DNA of 64,000 bases from Eledone cirrhosa (taxonomy: Eukaryota): assembly GCA_964016885.1 (NCBI GenBank), contig OZ024761.1, positions 19,406,001-19,470,000 of the forward strand. Reading direction: 5' to 3'. The position numbers and the translations under genes were made by a program. The notes beneath the pieces are model-generated. The model ran no database searches. It was not told where the DNA came from and saw only the letters and a program-made list of their open reading frames with translations. Positions 15,101 through 28,130 of the stretch are shown piece by piece (within the stretch, counting starts at the first letter, position 1; the number at the start of each line of letters is the position of its first letter).

Positions 15101-15582
15101 CAGGGGTCAGCAACTTCTTTGCCTCCACGGGCCGGATCGAGTATTAATGGCGGATAGCGGGCCGGACGAAGGCCATAAAAGAATAATTATGGAAAATTAC
15201 ACAAGCTAAAATTTAAACACGAGTGTTGACTATACTTAAAACTAATTTGTATTAACCACAGATGAAATGTAGTAATGGAAACACATCATTTATTCAATTT
15301 AATATATCGTTGGAATCATTTGTTAAACAAATCTTAAAAATAGATAGCACAATTTTCAATTGTGTTTTTGCTGTCAAAGCGTTCACATCCAGTTGGTGGT
15401 GGACATTAGATAGAGTGAATCAGAAGATTTGTGGAACAATGTAACAGCAGGCCTTTTATTGTATTCGAAAGTCTCATCTTTCATATTACAATAAATTTAA
15501 ATTTTACATAAACAATTCATTGGGCATCAGTTCTCGCGGGCTAGTCAAAATGCCTTCGCGGGCCATAGGTTGCCAACCCCTG
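15101..15582. mobile_element. hAT (Charlie/Buster-like) MITE
   Basis: TIRs CAGGGGTCAGCAAC / GTTGCCAACCCCTG, perfect 8-bp TSD GTCTAGAC on both sides, subterminal CGGGCC motifs. Confidence 0.92.
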
Positions 15583-15733
15583 GTCTAGACAGTCCATACT
15601 CACCGACGCCAAATCATCTGACAGGCCATAACACCATATGGTATTATTTACCGCTTTGGAATTATATAAAGGAATAATTGCGGTATAAACGCTTTTTAGA
15701 AACAGTTACATTTTGTTTTGAAAGAGATGCTCT

Positions 15734-16580
15734 CACTGTGTGAAGCTATTGCCTAACAGATGGTATCACTGTGTGAAGCTATTTCCCATCAGATGGTATC
15801 ACTGTGTGAGGCTATTGCCCATCAGATGGTATCACTGTGTGAGGCTATTGCCCATCAGATGGTATCACTGTGTGAGGCTATTGCCCATCAGATGGTATCA
15901 CTGTGTGAAGCTATTGCCCATCAGATGGTATCACTGTGTGAGGCTATTGCCCATCAGATGGTATCACTGTGTGAAGCTATTTCCCATCAGATGGTATCAC
16001 TGTGTGAAGCTATTGCCCATCAGATGGTATCACTGTGTGAGGCTATTGTCTCTCAGATGGTATCACTGTGTGAGGCTATTGCCCATCAGATGGTATCACT
16101 GTGTGAGGCTATTGCCCATCAGATGGTATCACTGTGTGAGGCTATTGCCCATCAGATGGTATCACTGTGTGAGGCTATTGCCCATCAGATGGTATCACTG
16201 TGTGAGGCTATTGCCCATCAGATGGTATCACTGTGTGAGGCTATTGCCCATCAGATGGTATCACTGTGTGAGGCTATTGCCCATCAGATGGTATCACTGT
16301 GTGAGGCTATTGCCCATCAGATGGTATCACTGTGTGAGGCTATTGCCCATCAGATGGTATCACTGTGTGAGGCTATTGCCCATCAGATGGTATCACTGTG
16401 TGAGGCTATTGCCCATCAGATGGTATCACTGTGTGAGGCTATTGCCCATCAGATGGTATCACTGTGTGAGGCTATTGCCCATCAGATGGTATCACTGTGT
16501 GAGGCTATTGCCCATCAGATGGTATCACTGTGTGAGGCTATTGCCCATCAGATGGTATCACTGTATGAGGCTATTGTCCC
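15734..16580. repeat. 33-bp minisatellite, ~25 near-identical copies
   Basis: Unit ATCACTGTGTGAGGCTATTGCCCATCAGATGGT, with no intervening spacers. Confidence 0.96.
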
Positions 16581-16649
16581 TCAAATATACAACATAAAAA
16601 GATGGTATCCCTGTGTGGGGCTATTGTCCCTCAAATACACAACGTTACA

Positions 16650-16882
16650 TCTGCTGGTTGTAGCTGGGATGAGCATGTCCCCCCCCCCCTCCCGCCAGAT
16701 CATCGTACCAGGACCTTACTCTCGTTCGATGCTCCAGCAGGCCTCGCACCAGATAACTTGGTCGTGACAAGGAAGATCTCAAGAGGCTCGACATCACCTT
16801 GGAGGACGCAGAGGGGCTGGCACAGGACTGCCAGCAATGGAGGGCAGTGGTGGACCACGGCTACTCTCTATGAATGATGATG
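16650..16882 (+). mobile_element. RTE-clade LINE 3' end remnant
   Basis: One frame reads RPRTR*LGRDKEDLKRLDITLEDAEGLAQDCQQWRAVV..*, followed by an (ATG)n tail; typical RTE ORF C-terminus. Confidence 0.65.
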
Positions 16883-17026
16883 CTTCTGATGCAGGGGCTG
16901 AACTAACCACACACAGACACACACTATGTCACGTACACGTACATACACACACATCTATAGATAAATATATGTGGGTATGTATTTATATATGTGAGTGTAT
17001 GTATATGAATATGTGTATATATGTGC

Positions 17027-17077
<51 letters not shown>

Positions 17078-17243
17078 AATATATACAATACATAGTTCAA
17101 GATATATGTCTATATATATAAACATATGTATATGTATATATGTGTACACACACACACACACACATATATACAGGGTGTTGAAGTGTGTATTCATTTTTTG
17201 GGACACATAGACAAATAAGCACACATACACATGTATATGTGTA

Positions 17244-17326
<83 letters not shown>

Positions 17327-17404
17327 TATCCAGGAAGCTCCAACCGTTAAGGTTGTCTTTTTTCAGGGTATGTCAATATTTATTTATAAAACTAATCTGT
17401 ATTG

Positions 17405-17470
17405 TATTTTATCTGATGAAAGCGCACCATAATTTGCCTTGGTGGCCCTTGAAATATGTATAATAAAATA
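17405..17470 (+). ncRNA. Minimal type-I hammerhead ribozyme motif
   Basis: TATTTTAT-CTGATGA-AAGCGCACCA(taatttgcct)TGGTGGCCCTT-GAAA-T(ATGT)A-TA^-ATAAAATA. Perfect 8-bp stem I, intact core, AUA site. Confidence 0.75.
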
Positions 17471-17520
17471 AATATGGTTTTATAAATATAGTTTCCATTT
17501 GTTAATATATATATATATAT

Positions 17521-17650
17521 ATGGGAACGAGTAGAACCCCGACGGCTGAGCTCAAGCCGTTTCGACGGCTAATTCTTGACTAAAATTTTAGTCCAGAATT
17601 AGCCGTCGAAACGGCTTAAGCTCAGCCGTCGGGGTCCTACTCGTTCCTAT
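17521..17650. repeat. 130-bp near-perfect palindrome (fold-back MITE-like)
   Basis: GGAACGAGTAGAACCCCGACGGCTGAGCTCAAGCCGTTTCGACGGCTAATTCT..GACTAAAA|TTTTAGTC..AGAATTAGCCGTCGAAACGGCTTAAGCTCAGCCGTCGGGGTCCTACTCGTTCC; no loop. Confidence 0.9.
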
Positions 17651-18018
17651 TACCCACTCTACTACCCTAAGTATTGAGTACTTCGGTGCGTTATGGTCCA
17701 CCTGGTTTCTTACCACATTTCCTTCGTTATATATATATATATATATATAGTGTGTGTGTGTATAAGGTGTGTCTGTGTGTAGTGGTTTGGTTGGTTTTTA
17801 ACGTACATAGATCGATTGTCGCTTCCGGCGGTTGGTCCGAACAGCAATAGCATCAGTGGTAGGAGTAAGAGTAGTAAAAACAAGGTGAGACATGGAGCTA
17901 AGGTATGTGAGGTGGTAGGAGGGGGGGGGGTGCACATACACACCTCCATTCTTCCTCCTTCCCTCCCCCCGCAGCTGTCTGTATCACCATAGCGACCACC
18001 TGACCCATTATAGCACTG

Positions 18019-18050
<32 letters not shown>

Positions 18051-18179
18051 ACACACACACAGCCACACACAGGGTGTCCCCCCAAAATGTATACACACTT
18101 TGTTCACAGGATTCTAATCTAAGCGTGTATACATTTTTTGGGATCGAGTGAATGGATGTGGTGGTGGTGTGGATAGTGG

Positions 18180-19012
18180 TGTGTACGTGATTGTGTGCAG
18201 CGATGATGGTGGCGGTGGTGTACGTGATTGTGTGCAGCGATGATGGTGGCGGTGGCGGTGGTGGTGGTGGTGGCGGTGGTGGAAGTGATTGTGTGCAGCG
18301 ATGATGGTGGCGGTGGTGGGCTGAATGTGTGGTGGTGGTGGTGGTGGCGGTGGTGATGTAAGTGATTGTGTGCAGCGATGATGGTGGCGGTGGTGGGCTG
18401 AATGTGTGGTGGTGGTGGTGGTGGTGGCGGTGGTGTAAGTGATTGTGTGAAGCGATGATGGTGGCGGTGGTGGGCTGAATGTGTGGTGGTGGTGGTGGCG
18501 GTGGTGTAAGTGATTGTGTGAAGCGATGATGGTGGCGGTGGTGGGCTGAATGTGTGGTGGTGGTGGTGGCGGTGGTGTAAGTGATTGTGTGAAGCGATGA
18601 TGGTGGCGGTGGTGGGCTGAATGTGTGGTGGTGGTGGTGGCGGTGGTGTAAGTGATTGTGTGAAGCGATGATGGTGGTGGTGGTGGGCTGAATGTGTGGT
18701 GGTGGTGGTGGTGGTGGCGGTGGTGATGTAAGTGATTGTGTGCAGCGATGATGGTGGCGGTGGTGGGCTGAATGTGTGGTGGTGGTGGTGGTGGTGGCGG
18801 TGGTGTAAGTGATTGTGTGCAGCTATGATGGTGGCGGAGGTGGGCTGAATGTGTGGTGGTGGTGGTGGTGGTGGGCTGAATGTGTGGTGGTGGTGGTGGA
18901 GGTGGCGGTGGTGTAAGTGATTGTGTGCAGCGATGATGGTGGCGGTGGTGGCATGAATGTGTGGTGGTGGTGGTGGAGGTGGCGGTGGTGTAAGTGATTG
19001 TGTGCAGCGATG
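18180..19012. repeat. ~60-bp compound minisatellite with variable (GGT)n
   Basis: Repeated GTAAGTGATTGTGTGMAGCGATGATGGTGGCGGTGGTGGGCTGAATGT(GTG)n. Confidence 0.9.
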
Positions 19013-20429
19013 ATGATGATGATGGTATTTGTGCTGGCGCTGGCAGTGGTGGTGTTAAGAGAATATGTGTGCAGCGATAATGGCGGTGGCGTGAATGGAT
19101 GTATGCGGGGGTGGTGGTATGGGGTGGTAGTAGTGAATGGGTGAGGGGGGAGGGGGTCGAAGGTTGGAAGGGGAGAGGGTGGGGCTGGGGGTTATTTGTT
19201 GTAAAGCTGTAACAGTTAATGAGTCACCGATGCCTGTTGGCAAACACTTGCTGTGGTGGTGGTGGTGGTGGTGGTGGTGGTTGTAGTGGTGGTGGTGGTG
19301 GTGGTGGTAGTGGTGGTTGTGGTTGTAGTGGTGGTGGTGGTAGTGGTGGTGGTGGTGGTAGTGGTGGTTGTGGTTGTAGTGGTGGTGGTGGTAGTGGTTG
19401 TAGTGGTGGTGGTGGTTGTAGTGGTGGTGGTAGTGGTGGTGGTGGTTGTGGTGGTAGTGGTGGTGGGGAAGTGGTGGTGGTGGTGGTTGTAGTTGTGGTG
19501 GTAGTGGTGGTGGTGGTGGTGGTGGTTGTAGTTGTGGTAGTGGTGGTGGTGGTAGTGGTGGTTGTAGTGGTGGTGGTGGTAGTGGTTGTAGTGGTGGTGG
19601 TGGTTGTGGTGGTGGTGAAGTGGTGGTGGTGGTGGTTGTAGTGGTGGTGGTGGTAGTGGTGGTTGTGGTGGTTGTGATGATGGTGGTTGTGGTGGTAGCG
19701 GTGGTGGTGATTGTGGTGGTGGTGGTGGTAGTGGTGGTGGTTGTGGGGGTATGTTGTGGTGGTGGTGGTGGTAATGGTGATTGTGTTGTGGTTGTAGTGG
19801 TGGTTGTGGTGGTGATGGTGGTTGTGGTAGTGGTGTAGTTGTGGTTGTAGTGGTGGTTGTGATGGTAATGGTTGTAGTGGTGGTGGTGGTCGTCGTCGTC
19901 GTTTGTTGAAGTGGTGGTTATAGTGTTAATGATGGTTGTGGTGGTATGAGAGAAGGAAGGGGAGGAGAAAAAAACCAATGGCTGCAGTGAGAGGTGAGAA
20001 TTGCGATACTGACGAAGGATGAGGAGGAAGAAGATAAATGGGTTATTGTTGTTTTTGTTGCTGTTGCTTAGCCCTAGGTCAGCTCCCTGATCGATATCCT
20101 AACCTTGACCGTTCTAACTTTGCCCCCTACTCAGCCCTATTCACCCACTTCCAGGTTCCATGGAACTCACCAGATAGCAGAATCTGACGTGCCCCTCTGC
20201 TAAAACTGTTGGAGGTGTGATTTGAGGGAGATTTGGCTGTTAAATCCACCAGATCAGGCAACAATGGTACTCATTTCACAATGTAGAGTTACATTGGATA
20301 TTCAAGTGTCTTTTGCTGTTATGAAAACGGAAAAAGGAAGAGAAAGGCAAGGGCTCTAGTGTCACAGAAGAAATGGGGAGGGGGTAAGAGGAGAGTGAAG
20401 GGCTCTGGGATGCTAGGGCGCCGCTGTAT

Positions 20430-20635
20430 TGAGGCTGCGCCCTGCAGACGAGGTTGCAAAAGCATTCCCACAGACAATGTGCAGTGACACCTGCTGTAAC
20501 AGCCACCCCACCTCATGAGGCTCCTTCCTCAGACGGGCTGCTGACGTTCCGATCTTGTGGAGGAGCTTGGCTGTATGGGGTCCACGTATGCCTGAGGTCT
20601 TGACGGTGACTGGTGCAAAGAGGAAGCGGCTTGAC
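20430..20635 (-). mobile_element. CRE-like RLE non-LTR retrotransposon, C-terminal remnant
   Basis: FLFAPVTVKTSGIRGPHTAKLLHKIG...EPHEVGWLLQQVSLHIVCGNAFA resembles the CRE-clade terminus FxPxAxETxGxxGP...ExxWLxQRLSLAVxRGNA. Confidence 0.6.
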
Positions 20636-21919
20636 AATCCCTGATAAAAATGAAGTTTCTTTTGGTATGAGTCGTTTCTTTGTATTGTTTTTTAAGACTG
20701 CCCTGCCCCCACATGATATAATTGTGGAGCGATGGTTCCGCTGGTTGTGGTAATGGTGTGGGTACGGTGACGGCGGTGGGGGTAGCGTGCAAGTGTGGGG
20801 TGGTGACGGTTGTGGTAGGGGATGATGGTGATGGTGTGGGTAGGATGATGGTGATAGTGTGCGAGTATGGGGTGGTAATGGATGTTGTGGTGATGATGGT
20901 GGTGGTGATAGTGATGTGGGGGACATTTCAAGACAATCTGAAAGCTGTCAACATCACCTTGGAACTGATGGCATATGTTGGAGTAAAGGTAGTAAGCCCA
21001 ATATGCTTACCTAGTGTAGGACGACCTAGATTTACATGGCCTAATGGTAAGGGTGTTGGACTTGGGATCATAATGTCATGGGTTCGATTCCTGGGCTGGG
21101 TTGTGTGTTGTGTTCTTGAGCAAAACACTTCATTTCATGTTGCTCCAATATACTCAGCTGAAAACGAGTACCAGTAATAGCTGGGGAGTTTAACCTTGCG
21201 ATGAACAGGCTTCCTATCCAGGGGAAGTCTTGAACTCTCAGTTGCTTTATGCCTTGAAACCGAGACAAGCACCGGCCTTATGAGCCCTCTGGCTTAAGAC
21301 AGACTTTAGTGTAGGATGATGAGCAGGCCTATGATAAAAGATGCTTTGCTGGACTATATTATCTAATCTGTCCTTCCCCTAATACACTATATGAGATTTC
21401 AGATTTGCAGATCAAATACCACAAGGTAAATGTGGTTGGCATTAGGAAGGGCATCCAGCCAGAGAAACGAGGCCAGAAACAGTTATGTATGAGCAAGGCA
21501 TGGTCATCTGACCTGACTTGTCTCACAACAGGACAACTCGTCTAACCCATGCTAGCCTGGGAAGGCCTTGCAATCGAAAGGTTGTGAGTTCAATTCTCAG
21601 ACCAGGTGATGTGTTGTTTCCTTGAGCAAGACACTTTATTTCACATTGCTCCAGTTTACTCAGCTGTAGAAATGATATGATAGGGACTGGGGTCCCTATC
21701 ATTCCACTGCAAAGTGGTCGTGGAGGTGCCACGGCAAAAAAAGCACCCTGCACTCACTGTAAATGAGGTTGGTGTTAGGAAGGGCATCCAGCTGTAGAAA
21801 TCAAGCCAGAATCAGTTCCAGTCCCACCCTTGCAAGCAGGGAAAAAGCGGACGTAAAATGAAATGATGATGATGATATATATATATAAAGAAATTAAAAG
21901 ATGGTTAAAAAAGTTCATA

Positions 21920-21989
21920 TATTTTATTATGGGCATTTCGAAAACATCATCATCCTGGGACAAAAATTGTGTTCTCATCAGATAAAATA
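21920..21989 (-). ncRNA. Minimal type-I hammerhead ribozyme motif
   Basis: Reverse complement reads TATTTTAT-CTGATGA-GAACA...TGTTTTC-GAAA-T(GCCC)A-TA^-ATAAAATA. Same 8-bp stem I as 17405, with a different but still pairing stem II. Confidence 0.72.
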
Positions 21990-22088
21990 AGGTAACATGA
22001 TATGAGGCCTAAAAACACTTGTGAACAAGAAAGTGCTACTTATCTGATATATGCATAGTTTTATTGTTCTACAATATTACTCACCTCC

Positions 22089-22138
<50 letters not shown>

Positions 22139-22169
22139 TACGCACATATATATATATGTTGGTTATGTG

Positions 22170-22241
22170 GACATGATCGTCTAGTGGTTAGGACCCCACG
22201 TTGTGGCTGTGGTAACCCAGGTTCGATTCCTGGTCATGGTA
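22170..22241 (+). tRNA. tRNA-His(GUG), slightly degenerate (possible pseudogene)
   Basis: GACATGATCGTCTAGTGGTTAGGACCCCACGTTGTGGCTGTGGTAACCCAGGTTCGATTCCTGGTCATGGTA. D-loop TAGTGGTTAG, anticodon arm CCACG-TTGTGGC-TGTGG, T arm CCAGG-TTCGATT-CCTGG. Very close to invertebrate tRNA-His; one A2:G71 acceptor-stem mismatch. Confidence 0.8.
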
Positions 22242-22513
22242 GGACAGCTTTGCTTTTAAAGGCAGTGCCCCAGCCTGCCCTCAGTTGGAACAAGTAAAAG
22301 AGTATGTGTGTGTGTGTGTGTGTATGTTTAGATTTCTGTCTGTGTGCTTATGCCCTGTAACTTAGCAGTTTGAAAAAAAAAACAAGAGACTGATAAAATA
22401 TATCTAAAAAAAAAAAAAAAAAAATGAATCCTTTGAAGGCAGTGCCCCAGCTTGGCCACAGTCAATGGAAAGAATGGAAGAATAATAAAGACTTGTAAAT
22501 TGCTATTTTTCAG

Positions 22514-22744
22514 GTGATGTGAATGGAATTGAGATGCAGATAATTCCCCAGACCCAGTTTATTCCTCTACCTGAGGCTCTCTGTCTTATTATAATGGACC
22601 TCAACAATAATCGTATCGTGGCCACCCTAGATACCATACAGGAGAAGCTGGAACAGTGTTATAAAGAGATGGAGATACCCTGTGAAGAGCTCATCTATGC
22701 CACACTTGCCAACCTCATCCAGGAAGGAAAGGTTTTCCATACAG
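22514..22744 (+). CDS. STOX: Storkhead-box (STOX1/2-like) winged-helix transcription factor, internal coding exon
   Basis: Acceptor tttttcag|GT at 22513/14 and donor ACAG|gtaata at 22744/45 (phase 1/1). Translates (G)DVNGIEMQIIPQTQFIPLPEALCLIIMDLN...LIYATLANLIQEGKVFHTG, matching the storkhead domain pattern GDVxxxxMxxIxQxQFIPLxExLC...TLxxLxxExKxxHTG recalled from vertebrate STOX1/2. Confidence 0.93.
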
Positions 22745-22816
22745 GTAATATATACATAAATATATACCCACACACACACACACACACACGCACGCGCACG
22801 CACACACACACACACA

Positions 22817-22866
<50 letters not shown>

Positions 22867-23662
22867 CCTCTCACACCCATCCACACACACACCACCACCC
22901 CACACATCACACACCCTCCCTCACACCCACCCACCCACACACACAAAACGTGATGATGATGATATATACATAAATACATACGGGTAATATATACATAAAT
23001 ATATACACACACAAACACACATCCACACAATGGGATGATGGTGATATATGCATAAATATATACACATACATTCACATACACAAACATGTGATGATGATGA
23101 TGATGATATATACATAAATACATACAGGTAATATATACATAAATATATACCCATACACATACACACACAAACATATGTGATGATGGTGATGATTATACAT
23201 TTGGTCTTGCAATCGAAAGGTTGTGAGTTCAATTCTCAGACCGGGTGATGTGTTGTTTCCTTGAGCAAGACACTTTATTTCACATTGCTCCAGTTTACTC
23301 AGCTGTAGAAATGAGGTGATAGGGACTGGGGTCTCTATCATTCCACTGCAAAGTGGTCGTGGAGGTGCCACGGCAAAAAAGCACCCAGCACTCACTGTAA
23401 ATGAGGTTGGTGTTAGGAAGGGCATCCAGCTGTAGAAATTAAGCCAGAATCAGTTCCCATCCCACCCTTGCAAGCAGCTGAGTAAACTGGAGCAATGTGA
23501 AATAAAGTGTCTTGCTCAAGGAAAAAACATATCACTCGGTCTGTGAATTGATCTCACAACCTTTCGATTGCAAGCCCAATGCTCTAACCACTAAGCCATG
23601 TGCCTCCACTCTTCTCATATATATATCATCATCATTTTCATCATCTTACGTCCGCTTTTCCC

Positions 23663-23711
<49 letters not shown>

Positions 23712-24357
23712 GTTTCTACTTTTGGCACAAGGCCAGCAATTATCCCAGTACTGGTACTTTATTTTATCGACCCCGTAAGGATGAAAGTTAACCTTGGCGG
23801 GATTTGAACTCAGACCATAAAGGGCTGTAACTCTATGCTGCAAGGCATGGTGTCTGATCCTCTATCGATACTGCCAATCCACCAGAGTGTATCTACTGTT
23901 ACAGGAAATGTGTTACTCCAAGCACTCGATGCTGTTACACAGTCCATTTCATGTTAGGTGTGTATATATATATATATATATAAACCCATGCTAGCGTGGA
24001 AGATACACGTTAAACCTTGATGATGATGATATATATATATATATATATATGTGTGTATATACACATGCACATATATGTATATATGTATATACACACACAC
24101 ATATGCGTGTGTGTGTGTATATATATATATAAACGGCAGCAAGAAGAATCGTTTTCAGGCCATTTTCTCTCCCAAAGATGTGTTGGTTTGGTGATGGGTC
24201 CCATGAAAGGCTTCGGACTCATCATGGGGTCCTTTTTGAGGTACCCCTCCCCTTACCGATCCTCTCTCTCCCCTATCTCTTCCCTCAGCATCTTTGACAA
24301 CCCATTGTATTATTTCAAAAGACAATCTTTAGTGGACAGGGACCAGTATTGATACAC

Positions 24358-24415
<58 letters not shown>

Positions 24416-26247
24416 TTTGAACAAAGAATTCTAAGTCACCACTTAACACCACTGCCACCATCACCACCACCACCACCACACTACACTGCTACCAACACCA
24501 CTTCCACCATTACACCACCACCACCACCAAAGAACACCACTGCCACCACAGTACACCACTGCCATCGCAGTACACCACCACCACCACCGCAGTACACCAC
24601 CACCACCAAAGAACACCACTGCCACCACAGTACACCACTGCCACCGCAGTACACCACCACCACCACCGCAGTACACCACCACCACCACAGTACACCACCA
24701 CCACCAAAGAACACCACTGCCACCACAGTACACCACTGCCACCGCAGTACACCACCACCACCACCGCAGTACACCACCACCACCACAGTACACCACCACC
24801 ACACAACACCACCACCACACTACACTGCTACCAACACCACTTTCACCATTACACCACTTCCACCACCACCACCACTGTACACCACCACACAACACCAACA
24901 CCACCACAGTACACCACCACCACCACCACACTACACTGCTACCAACACCACTTCCACCATTACACCACTTCTACCACCACCACCACTGTACACCACCACA
25001 CAACACCAACACCACCACAGTACACCACCACCACCACCACACTACACTGCTACCAACACCACTTCCACCATTACACCACTTCCACCACCACCACCACTGT
25101 ACACCACCACACAACACCAACACCACCACAGTACACCACCACCACCACCACACTACACTGCTACCAACACCACTTCCACCATTACACCACTTCCACCACC
25201 ACTGTACACCACCACACAACACCAACACCACCACAGTACACCACCACCACCACCACCACCACCACACTACACTGCTACCAACACCACTTCCACCATTACA
25301 CCACCACCACCGCAGTACACCACCGCCACCACAGTACACCACCACCACCACCACCACCACACTGCTACCAACACCACTTCCACTATCACTACACTACATC
25401 ATTTTACTACCACCACCAGACTCCATCACCACTACACTACCACCATCACCACTATCACACTACATCACTTCACCACTGCACCACACCACCACCACATTAT
25501 ACTACATCACCACATCACCACACGTCACCACCACCACCACCTCACGATCATCACACTACACCACCACCACCAACTCTACACCATCCCACTACACCACCAC
25601 CACACCACTCTACCACCACCACCTCTACACCATCCCACTACACCACACCACCACCACTCCACCACTACACTACCACCATCACCACTCCTCCACCACCACA
25701 CCACCACTCCACCTCTACACCACCACAACACACCACCACCACACCACGCCACCACCACACCACCACCTCTACGCCATCACACCGCTACTCCACCTCTACA
25801 CCACCACCGCCACCTCTACCACCACCACCACCACACCACCTCTACACCACCACCACCTCTACCACCACTACCACCACCACCACCACCTCTACACCACCAA
25901 CACCACCACCACCACCTCTACCACCACCACCTCCACCACACCACCACCACCACCTCTACCACCACCACCACCACCACCACCTCATCACATCCTACCTAAT
26001 TACCATTCTTCCCAAATTCTTTGATGTTTTTTTCTGTGACACTTGCATCTATAACACTGTACTTGGCTGTGTGTGTGTGTCTGTCTGTCTGTGTGTGTTG
26101 TGTGTCTATGTCTGTGTCTATGTGTGTTGTGTGTCTGTGTATGTGTGTGTGTTGTGTGTCTGTGTATGTGTGTCTCTGCATGTGTGTGTGACTCTGTGTG
26201 TGTGCCACGTGTCTTTGCACTTGTGTAATCATCTGTGTACATGGCTA

Positions 26248-26341
<94 letters not shown>

Positions 26342-26386
26342 CGTCCGTCCGTCCGTCCGTCCGTCCGTCCGTCCGTCCGTCCGTCC

Positions 26387-26446
<60 letters not shown>

Positions 26447-26474
26447 GCCTGTCTGCCTGTCTGCCTGTCTGCCT

Positions 26475-26505
<31 letters not shown>

Positions 26506-26518
26506 CGTCCGTCCGTCC

Positions 26519-26549
<31 letters not shown>

Positions 26550-27066
26550 CATCTGTCTATCTGTCCATCTGTCTGTCTATCTGTCTGTCTATCTGTCCGT
26601 CTATCTGTCCATCTGTCTATCTATCTGTCTATTTGCTTGTCAGTCTGTCAGTCTCTGTCAAAGTCTGGCCAGCTGTCTCTCTCTCTGAGGCCAAATACTA
26701 TAATCAAAAGAACTCAATACTAGTTTATAATAGAGCAGAGTAAATTCATTTAAATCTATGTTGACAAATGTACAGCATGTTTCACTCTGTAGACCTCAGA
26801 ACATTGCTTGGGGAGTTGAATTGATGGGTTTGTTTGTGTGAGTGTGTGTGTGTGTGTACACACACACATCATCATCACTGTTTAATGTCCATTTTTCCAC
26901 GCTTACCATGGGTTAAATGAGTTTATCTGTTGTGAGCAATGCCTGGTCAGGTGACAATGTCTTGCTCCGACAGGACTGCTTCTGACTTCATTTCTACGGC
27001 CAGATGCCCTTCCTAATGCCAACCACATTTACAGTGTGTGCTGGGTGTTCTTTGTCCTGACTCCTA

Positions 27067-27522
27067 CATGACCACTTTACAGTGTGGACTGAGCACCTTT
27101 TGTTGTGTCGCCATCATGACCACTTTACAGTGTGGACTGAGCACCTTTTGTTGTGTCACCATCATGACCACTTTACAGTGTGGGCTGAGCACCTTTTGTT
27201 GTGTCACCATCATGACCACTTTACAGTGTGGGCTGAGCACCTTTTGTTGTGTCGCCATCATGACCACTTTACAGTGTGGACTGAGCACCTTCTGTTGTGT
27301 CGTCATCATGACCACTTTACAGTGTGGGCTGAGCACCTTCTGTTGTGTCGCCATCATGACCACTTTACAGTGTGGGCTGAGCACCTTTTGTTGTCGCCAT
27401 CATGACCACTTTACAGTGTGGACTGAGCACCTTTTGTTGTGTCGCCATCATGACCACTTTACAGTGTGGACTGAGCACCTTTTGTTGTGTCACCATCATG
27501 ACCACTTTACAGTGTGGACTGA
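27067..27522. repeat. 48-bp tandem array amplified from an internal SINE segment
   Basis: Unit CATGACCACTTTACAGTGTGGRCTGAGCACCTTYTGTTGTGTCRCCAT, ~9 copies. Directly continues a minus-strand SINE (26870-27060) and resembles its ACCAC(A)TTTACAGTG segment. Confidence 0.85.
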
Positions 27523-28130
27523 AAGCTTCACTGGATGTATGCTACAGCCTGTCTTAATGAGAGTTGTACAGGAGGGTGGGGGCATGCATATTATATATAT
27601 GTATGCTTCACAGCCTGTGCTGATTGAAAGGTGGGTCTGCTGTATTACTGCATAACACCAGAGATCCCTGTCCTGTGTCATCATCTTTGAAGACGTCAAT
27701 AAGCTAACAGAAATGTGATGAGCTTTTGATTCCAGAGTTGGGCCTGATCGATAGAGATCGAACCCTGAACTGATCAATCGCGTCACACCTGAATAAACTT
27801 AATAAAAATTTGGTCCCTCGTCCATACTTATATATATCATAAGGATTTCTTATATAGGCACAAGGCCAGCAATTTTGGGGGAGGGGGAAGTTGATTGAAT
27901 TGACCCCAGTGCGTGACTGGTACTTTATTTTATCGGCCCCGTAAGGATGAAAGGCAAAGTTAACCTCGGCGGGATTTGAACTCAGACTGTAAAGGGACGT
28001 AACTCTATGCTGCAAGGCACAAGGCCAGCAATTATCCCAGTGAATAAAGTACCAGTAATGCACTGGGATAATTGTTGGCCTTGTGCCAAAAGTAGAAACA
28101 ATTATTAATATTATTCTAATATATATAAAA

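Noticed and set aside
15740-16767. 285-aa and 335-aa repetitive ORFs, and a CRISPR-like appearance
   Set aside because: A 33-bp stop-free tandem repeat with no unique spacers, no cas genes and no splice or coding context.
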